The position numbers and the translations under genes were made by a program. The notes beneath the pieces are model-generated. The model was not told the DNA's origin. It worked only from the letters and a program-made list of their open reading frames with translations, and ran no database searches. From assembly GCF_049243625.1 (NCBI RefSeq), contig NZ_CP046975.1: a stretch of DNA of 32,000 nucleotides, one strand, 5' to 3'. Origin of the DNA: Corynebacterium amycolatum (GTDB taxonomy: Bacteria > Actinomycetota > Actinomycetes > Mycobacteriales > Mycobacteriaceae). The number at the start of each line of letters is the position of its first letter. Within the stretch, counting starts at the first letter, position 1. Positions 26,479 through 32,000 of the stretch are shown piece by piece.

Positions 26479-26577
26479 TTATGATGTTTTAACTTACACA
26501 TCACCACTAACAGTCACATCTCCTACCTGCAGTTTCACCTACTTTTATCCATATTTCCAACCTGCGCTCAAAATTAA

Positions 26578-26714
26578 GAATCCGGCGGTTCGCGTGACTA
26601 TTTCGTTACCAACCGCTACGGTGTGCAATCGACACGTTTAACGGACGAAGTCGCATAGATCGCCTTCATCTCACTCCAGTGCGATGACATCGGCCCGCTA
26701 CCAACAACGTGAAG
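26578..26714 (+). promoter_or_regulatory. Candidate c-di-AMP (ydaO/yuaA-class) riboswitch in the rpf 5' leader
   Basis: Ordered blocks: GAAUCC (26578-83); hairpin GCGGUU/AACCGC (26585-90/26611-16); ACGGUGUGCAAUC (26618-30); hairpin CGAC/GUCG (26630-33/26650-53); AUAGAUCGCCUUC (26655-67); CCCGCUACCAACAAC (26694-708). CCGCUAC occurs in both halves, giving pseudo-two-fold symmetry. The canonical AGCUAAC..CGUAAGC block is not clearly present. The match is to my memory of the consensus only. Confidence 0.45.
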
Positions 26715-26748
26715 AACTTTCCATAAGAGTGAGATGGGGTTGCATTAG

Positions 26749-27414
<666 letters not shown>

Positions 27415-27440
27415 GGCTTTCGAGCTAGCCAGCTCATCAC

Positions 27441-27480
27441 AGTAGCCCCGAGGGTGATTCACCTTCGGGGCTACTATTTG
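27441..27480 (+). terminator. Strong Rho-independent terminator of rpf
   Basis: 14-bp stem AGTAGCCCCGAGGG (27441-54) / CCTTCGGGGCTACT (27462-75), including one G-U pair, with a 7-nt loop. It is followed by ATTTGTCTT. Confidence 0.85.
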
Positions 27481-27513
27481 TCTTCAACAGGTTGGCGGTA
27501 CCGGCCCAATGTA

Positions 27514-27545
27514 AGTTACTGCCTGCGTGAGTTACTGCCTGCGTT
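27514..27545 (+). repeat. Tandem duplication (2 x 16 nt) of a half-arm of the palindromic element
   Basis: AGTTACTGCCTGCGTg (27514-29) and AGTTACTGCCTGCGTt (27530-45) are 15/16 identical. The second unit continues as ...GCGTTTATGG, matching the arm core CTGCGTTTATG of the element at 27573-27594. Confidence 0.8.
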
Positions 27546-27572
27546 TATGGCTGGCGACCGCGTGCCAACGCG

Positions 27573-27645
27573 AGTTAGTGACTGCGTTTATGACAAAAAA
27601 TGGCCCGAAAAATGGCTTGAAAGTGTCATAAACTCGCACAGTTTC
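27573..27645. repeat. Long palindromic intergenic element, copy 2 (one arm degenerate)
   Basis: Left arm AGTTAGTGACTGCGTTTATGAC (27573-94), 30-nt spacer, right arm GTCATAAACtCGCACAGTTTC (27625-45). The core GTTTATGAC/GTCATAAAC is perfectly complementary. The 18-mer 27577-27594 is the exact reverse complement of 14310-14327. Confidence 0.7.
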
Positions 27646-27654
27646 ATATTTGAA

Positions 27655-27694
27655 GCCCGCAGCCACGACTGAACTAGCAGTCACGGCTGCGGGC
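27655..27694 (-). terminator. GC-rich hairpin downstream of the 62-aa ORF (no clear U-tract)
   Basis: Perfect 10-bp stem GCCCGCAGCC (27655-64) / GGCTGCGGGC (27685-94), plus an inner 5-bp stem GACTG/CAGTC. Confidence 0.6.
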
Positions 27695-27730
27695 CTCCTG
27701 CAGATCTAGCTCTGCTAAAAATATAAAAGA

Positions 27731-27919
27731 TTACTTGTTAATCACCGTGGTCTGGTGCACGTAACCCAAAGTCTCCGGATCAACCGGAAACTCAATGTCG
27801 CCGAAAGGCGAATCTGCACCAGCGTGGTGAGCAATCAATTCAGTAACAGCGTGCTGACCAGGCTCGAGGTCCTTCGGCCAGCCGGGATCGACATAGGATT
27901 TCTTTGCAACGTTAGCCAT
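27731..27919 (-). CDS. Small hypothetical protein (62 aa), probably translated from a leaderless mRNA
   Basis: MANVAKKSYVDPGWPKDLEPGQHAVTELIAHHAGADSPFGDIEFPVDPETLGYVHQTTVINK has coding-like composition. There is no SD, but GATAAT ends 6 nt before the ATG. A hairpin follows the stop. No family recognised. Confidence 0.6.
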   Translation of the reverse strand: MANVAKKSYVDPGWPKDLEPGQHAVTELIAHHAGADSPFGDIEFPVDPETLGYVHQTTVINK

Positions 27920-27925
27920 GCTGAG

Positions 27926-27931
27926 ATTATC
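27926..27931 (-). promoter_or_regulatory. Candidate -10 box (GATAAT, with TGg upstream) positioned for a leaderless transcript starting at ATG 27919
   Basis: The minus strand reads TTTTTGGGATAATCTCAGC-ATG, so the spacing from the -10 to the A of the ATG is 6 nt. Confidence 0.4.
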
Positions 27932-27993
27932 CCAAAAATTTTCTCCCCAGTCACCTTCTCCCCTCCTTAAACCTCACTAAAGTGGGGATTGTC

Positions 27994-30510
27994 ATGACTA
28001 GCACCACCCCCTTTGCACTCTTTTCCGACTGGCTGGCAGGTCAACCAGACCAATTTGTGGGCACTATCCTCAGCAATCGCCCCGATGCGCTGTCGCCGCC
28101 GCCGAAGTCTTCCCAGGTGCTAGCGGCAAGGCTCCAGCTCCGCGCTTCTGTCTCCCGCGCGCTGACCAAACTGCCCGCACTGGAGCTCGCCTGCATTGAG
28201 GCTGCCGCTGACCTCGGTGCCGACGCCGAACCCGTCACTGCGGACGCCCTCATCGACTACATTCTCGACTTACTCTCTCGAGCAGAGGTTCCCGCCAATC
28301 AACGGCCCACGGCCGCACATATTCGGACAGGCCTCGATACCCTGCGCGCATACGGACTCATCTGGGGAAACGGCGCCGGCCCACGCGGCGCTTTCACCGG
28401 CAAGTCCACCCGCAAGAAGCCTCTGCCCTGGCAGGACTACTTCTGTCTCAGCGATGAGGTCGCCACCTCGTTGCCACCCGGCTGGTATCTTCTGCCCAAT
28501 CCCGATGGCCCCAGCCGCAGCCAGCTACGCACGGCACTCACCAAGGTCACAGACAGGCAGCAGCGTCTCCTGGACACCCTCGCCAACTCCGGAGGTCTCG
28601 GCGTCACAAAGGACGCTCATCCGGATGCCGACCCCTCGCTGCCGGTCCCAGCGCTCATCAACGCCGGCCTGCTCGAACGCATCGACGAGGGCACCGTCCG
28701 TCTACCCGCCACCGTTCGCGCGCTTATGCGTGGAGTCGGGCTTGCCGACGACGATGTCCCCCTGCGCCCCGAAACCCCCGCTACCCATGTAATTGCCAGC
28801 GGTAACGACCGTGCTGCCGCCACCGCCTGGGAAACTTTGCGACAGGCGACTGACCTCCTGGACCTACTGGGAACCAACCCCGCACCGACCTTGAAAAACG
28901 GTGTCATCGGAGTGCGGGAAACCCGCAATCTCATCGAGGAGCTCGGTGTCGACATCTCGGAGCTGGCTCGCGGCGTGGCTAACCTCGGTGCAGCGGGCCT
29001 GGTTCATGTCGGCACTCCGCATCCGCTGCCACTGCACGACACCGGTGGTGACTATTTCGCACCCACGCTGGCAGCCGACGGCTTCCTCGACGCCGATCTG
29101 GTTGACCGGTGGGTGAGCTTGACAGTCGGCACTCGCACTAGCGACGCAGCGCCCTGGCGGGTCGACCAGCTCAATGAGGAAGGCAAGCGCATTGCTCTGC
29201 TCTCACCTCAAACTCGGCTCTCCGGGGTACCGTCAATCCGGGAAATGGTGCTGGCCTGCTGTGCGCAGGTGGCGTCGTCGGCAAGCGGCAACGACGTCGT
29301 TGCTCTGACTGACCTGCGTGAATGCGCCGCCTACTACTACCCCATCACCAACGCGAGGTGCACGGACGAGACTCTCAGTGGCGTGGTCGACGAGCTGGTC
29401 GCCCTCGGCATCGTCGTGCGGGACCCGGGCGTGGAAACGATTTCCGTCGGCCTTAGCGAGGTCGGCAAAGCCATAGTCGCGCTCATCGAATCCGGCACTG
29501 CCGAGGCCTTCGACGATCTGCGTGCTGCCTGTAACAACCTCTTGCCGCCGAACGCCTCGTACCTGATGCTCCAGGCGGACAACACCATCGTCGTACCGGG
29601 CCCCGCATCCCCGGAGATGGAACGCATGCTCAGTTCGATTGCGCAGTTGGAATCTCCCGGCCTCGCCAGCGTCTACCGCGTGACCGAAGACAGCCTCCGC
29701 GATGCCCTCGACACCGGCATCAACGCCGCCGATATCTCGGAGTTTCTCTCGCGCTACGCCGTCGGCGAAGTGCCGCAGTCCATTACCTATTTGCTTGACG
29801 ACGTCGCCCGCCGCCACGGTCGTCTCCGCGGTGGCCCCGCAGCTTCGTTTATCCGCTGTGACGATCCGGCTCTGCTGGCCTCATTCCAGAGTCACCAGGC
29901 TGGACAAAGCCTGGCGTTGCGGAAGATTGCCGAAACGGTGCTAATTAGCCAGGCCCCGCTTGCCCAGGTGATTGAGACCGCTAGAAATGCGGGCTTTTCC
30001 ATCATCGCCGAAGATGCAGAGGGTTTGGTGCTGGATCTCGGTCGCGCTCCCTGCCGCATTGAGGCGCCAGCTCCGGTGCCTACTGCGCGTACAACGATGC
30101 CCGAACCGGAACGCATCAGCCAGGCGTTGACGGCCATTGCCGATGGCAACCGTGCTGCTGAGCACGCCGGTAGTTCCAGTGGCGCTACAGCCAGTGGCAG
30201 CACTGCTGGGGTCTCTGGCTCGGTTGCGGATTCGGCGACAGGTACGGGGACGGCTGCCGGTGCTAGCGCTAGCACCGGTGGCACGAGCGGCTACGCCTCC
30301 GGCACCGAAGCATTCAAGCTACTGCAGCGCGCGGCTCGCCACGGCGACGACCTGTATTTAAGCTACGTCGACCGCAACGGCAAACCCGGCCGCAAGCGCG
30401 TGCGCCCAGTCACTGTCTCCGGTGGGCAGGTCGATGCTATCGACCCGGCCACCAGCCAAGTGCTGCGCTTTCTGCTGCATCGCATTACCGAAGTACATCC
30501 TGTCGACTAG
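27994..30510 (+). CDS. Helicase-associated domain protein, conserved partner of actinobacterial XPB (Rv0862c-like)
   Basis: 838 aa from ATG 27994, with GGGGA 5 nt upstream. The track ORF starts at GTG 27982. The size, the position immediately upstream of XPB and the overall character match the Rv0862c-type protein (from memory). It has a Ser/Gly/Thr/Ala low-complexity linker (nt 30157-30315) and a C-terminal WYL-like module of about 65 aa. Confidence 0.85.
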   Translation: MTSTTPFALFSDWLAGQPDQFVGTILSNRPDALSPPPKSSQVLAARLQLRASVSRALTKLPALELACIEAAADLGADAEPVTADALIDYILDLLSRAEVPANQRPTAAHIRTGLDTLRAYGLIWGNGAGPRGAFTGKSTRKKPLPWQDYFCLSDEVATSLPPGWYLLPNPDGPSRSQLRTALTKVTDRQQRLLDTLANSGGLGVTKDAHPDADPSLPVPALINAGLLERIDEGTVRLPATVRALMRGVGLADDDVPLRPETPATHVIASGNDRAAATAWETLRQATDLLDLLGTNPAPTLKNGVIGVRETRNLIEELGVDISELARGVANLGAAGLVHVGTPHPLPLHDTGGDYFAPTLAADGFLDADLVDRWVSLTVGTRTSDAAPWRVDQLNEEGKRIALLSPQTRLSGVPSIREMVLACCAQVASSASGNDVVALTDLRECAAYYYPITNARCTDETLSGVVDELVALGIVVRDPGVETISVGLSEVGKAIVALIESGTAEAFDDLRAACNNLLPPNASYLMLQADNTIVVPGPASPEMERMLSSIAQLESPGLASVYRVTEDSLRDALDTGINAADISEFLSRYAVGEVPQSITYLLDDVARRHGRLRGGPAASFIRCDDPALLASFQSHQAGQSLALRKIAETVLISQAPLAQVIETARNAGFSIIAEDAEGLVLDLGRAPCRIEAPAPVPTARTTMPEPERISQALTAIADGNRAAEHAGSSSGATASGSTAGVSGSVADSATGTGTAAGASASTGGTSGYASGTEAFKLLQRAARHGDDLYLSYVDRNGKPGRKRVRPVTVSGGQVDAIDPATSQVLRFLLHRITEVHPVD

Positions 30511-30658
30511 GCGACGGGCGCGGGGATCGTCGTAAAGCGATGCAAAAGCGAATGTGACGGTTCGGGATGATTCGAGCCCGTGGCGCATCTTCTGCGTAAT
30601 CGTGGCAGAATTGACCTTTAGCTTATTTTTGGTCGAATGTCTGCGAGGCGAGGAAGTA

Positions 30659-32000
30659 ATGGGTTTCGGTACGGGTCCGCTGATCGTCCAATCGGATAAG
30701 ACGGTGCTGCTGGAGGTCGATAATCCGGAGGCGGATGCGGCACGCGCGGCGCTGGCACCATTCGCGGAGCTCGAACGTGCTCCTGAACACGTGCACACCT
30801 ACCGCATCACCCCGCTGGCGCTGTGGAATGCCCGCGCTGCCGGTCACGACGCGGAGCAGGTGGTCGATGTCCTCGAGCGCTATTCCAAGTTCCCCGTCCC
30901 CCAGCCACTGCTTATCGACGTCGCGGAGACCATGGACCGCTACGGTCGCCTGAGCCTGACCAAGCATCCAGCTCACGGCCTTATTCTGCTCTCACACGAC
31001 CCCGCGGTACTGGCCGAGGTGACCAAGCACAAAAAGATTCGTCCGATGCTCGGCGAGCAAATCGATGCCGACACCTGGACCGTGCACCCCTCCGAGCGAG
31101 GCCGAATCAAACAGGAGCTGCTGAAGGTCGGCTGGCCTGCCAATGACACCGCCGGATACATCGACGGAGAGGCACACGCCATCGCCTGGCAGGATCAGGG
31201 CACCGGAGGCCACGACACCTGGGAACTGCGCGACTACCAACGCATGGCGGCCGATTCCTTCCGCGAAGGTGGCTCCGGCGTCGTGGTGCTGCCCTGCGGC
31301 GCAGGCAAAACAATCGTCGGAGCGGCGGCCATGGTAGACGCGCAGCGCACTACTTTGATCCTGGTCACCAACACCGTCGCCGGCAGGCAGTGGCGCGACG
31401 AGCTGCTGCGACGCACCTCGCTGACCGAGGACGAAATCGGCGAATACTCCGGCGAAAAGAAGGAAATTCGCCCCGTCACTATTGCGACCTACCAAGTGGT
31501 CACGCGCAAGACCAAGGGAGAATACCGCGCACTCGAGCTATTCGATTCCCGCGACTGGGGTCTCATCATCTACGACGAGGTCCACCTCCTGCCCGCTCCT
31601 GTGTTCCGAATGAGTGCGGATCTGCAGTCGCGCCGTCGACTGGGGCTCACCGCCACCCTGGTGCGCGAAGATGGCCGCGAGGGCGATGTCTTCAGCCTGA
31701 TTGGCCCGAAGCGCTACGACGCCCCATGGAAGGACATCGAAGCTCAGGGCTGGATCGCGCCGGCTGACTGCGTTGAGGTCCGCGTGACCCCGACCGAGTC
31801 CGAGCGCATGCTCTACGCCACAGCTGAAGCCTCCGACAGGTATCGCCTGGCCGCAACGACGCCGACGAAGATTCCCGTCGTCAAGCAAATCCTTGCCCGA
31901 CACGAGGGCGAACCCGCTCTGGTGATTGGTGCCTACTTGGATCAGCTCGAAGAGATTGGCGAGGAACTGGACGTCGATGTCATCGAAGGAAAGACGTCCA
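30659..32000 (+). CDS. xpb: DNA repair helicase XPB/ERCC3 (SF2), 5' part; continues past the window end
   Basis: ATG 30659 with GAGGAAG upstream; the frame is open to nt 32000. MGFGTGPLIVQSDKTVLLEVDNPEADAARAALAPFAELERAPEHVHTYRITPLALWNARAAGHDAEQVV... is near-identical in pattern to Mtb XPB as I recall it. Motif I VLPCGAGKT, motif II IIYDEVHLL, motif III LGLTATLVRED. Confidence 0.95.
   Translation, partial: MGFGTGPLIVQSDKTVLLEVDNPEADAARAALAPFAELERAPEHVHTYRITPLALWNARAAGHDAEQVVDVLERYSKFPVPQPLLIDVAETMDRYGRLSLTKHPAHGLILLSHDPAVLAEVTKHKKIRPMLGEQIDADTWTVHPSERGRIKQELLKVGWPANDTAGYIDGEAHAIAWQDQGTGGHDTWELRDYQRMAADSFREGGSGVVVLPCGAGKTIVGAAAMVDAQRTTLILVTNTVAGRQWRDELLRRTSLTEDEIGEYSGEKKEIRPVTIATYQVVTRKTKGEYRALELFDSRDWGLIIYDEVHLLPAPVFRMSADLQSRRRLGLTATLVREDGREGDVFSLIGPKRYDAPWKDIEAQGWIAPADCVEVRVTPTESERMLYATAEASDRYRLAATTPTKIPVVKQILARHEGEPALVIGAYLDQLEEIGEELDVDVIEGKTS

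Noticed and set aside
25963-26564. Small ORFs 26019-26240 (+), 26218-26451 (+) and 26268-26507 (-) in the cspB-rpf gap, considered as possible missed genes
   Set aside because: The products are Arg/Cys-rich or otherwise random-looking, none has an SD, and the ORFs overlap one another. I treat the region as non-coding (see finding), though Ribo-seq could revisit this.

Overview
This window looks like conserved core chromosome of a Corynebacterium-like actinobacterium. That is an inference from the encoded proteins and their order. GC looks roughly 55-60% by eye and was not computed.

I call 28 protein-coding genes, two of them cut by the window edges. In order they are:
- a Thr/Ser/Pro/Glu-rich gene tail, then gcvT
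- the mctB-mctC monocarboxylate uptake pair
- a CtpE-like P-type ATPase, a crotonase and an aldo/keto reductase
- a four-gene cluster of XRE regulator, membrane protein and ABC-2 transporter
- rbsK, the fused carboxyltransferase accDA, fkpA, gltA and serC
- sepH (DUF3071) followed by an unknown 301-aa gene
- a SpoU/TrmH methyltransferase, an NCS2 purine permease and a DUF3027 protein
- a glutaminyl-cyclase-like lipoprotein and a small exported protein
- a CspB-type cold-shock protein and an Rpf factor
- a 62-aa probably leaderless ORF
- the actinobacterial helicase-associated protein plus XPB/ERCC3 helicase pair

The gene order matches what I remember of C. glutamicum cg0933-cg0953 and M. tuberculosis Rv0861c-Rv0908. 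This is from memory and not verified.

I see no rRNA, tRNA, CRISPR array, transposase, integrase, phage genes or recognisable defence island. I therefore cannot honestly name a clear new multi-gene system.

The signals most worth follow-up are mostly non-coding:
1. A long palindromic element occurs in two unrelated convergent intergenic regions (about 14260-14330 and 27573-27645). The two copies share an exact 18-mer, and copy 2 has a tandemly duplicated half-arm.
2. A long non-coding region of about 830-870 bp lies between cspB and rpf. Its rpf-proximal part has several blocks reminiscent of a c-di-AMP (ydaO-class) riboswitch, and a GlxR/CRP-like palindrome lies further upstream.
3. RamB-, RamA- and GlxR-like carbon-control motifs lie upstream of gltA/serC and mctB.
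4. A duplicated start region precedes the cold-shock gene.

The coding items of unknown function are the XPB partner protein (with a WYL-like C-terminal module), the XRE/membrane/ABC-2 cluster and the gene downstream of sepH. All start codons are judged by eye and several are ambiguous.
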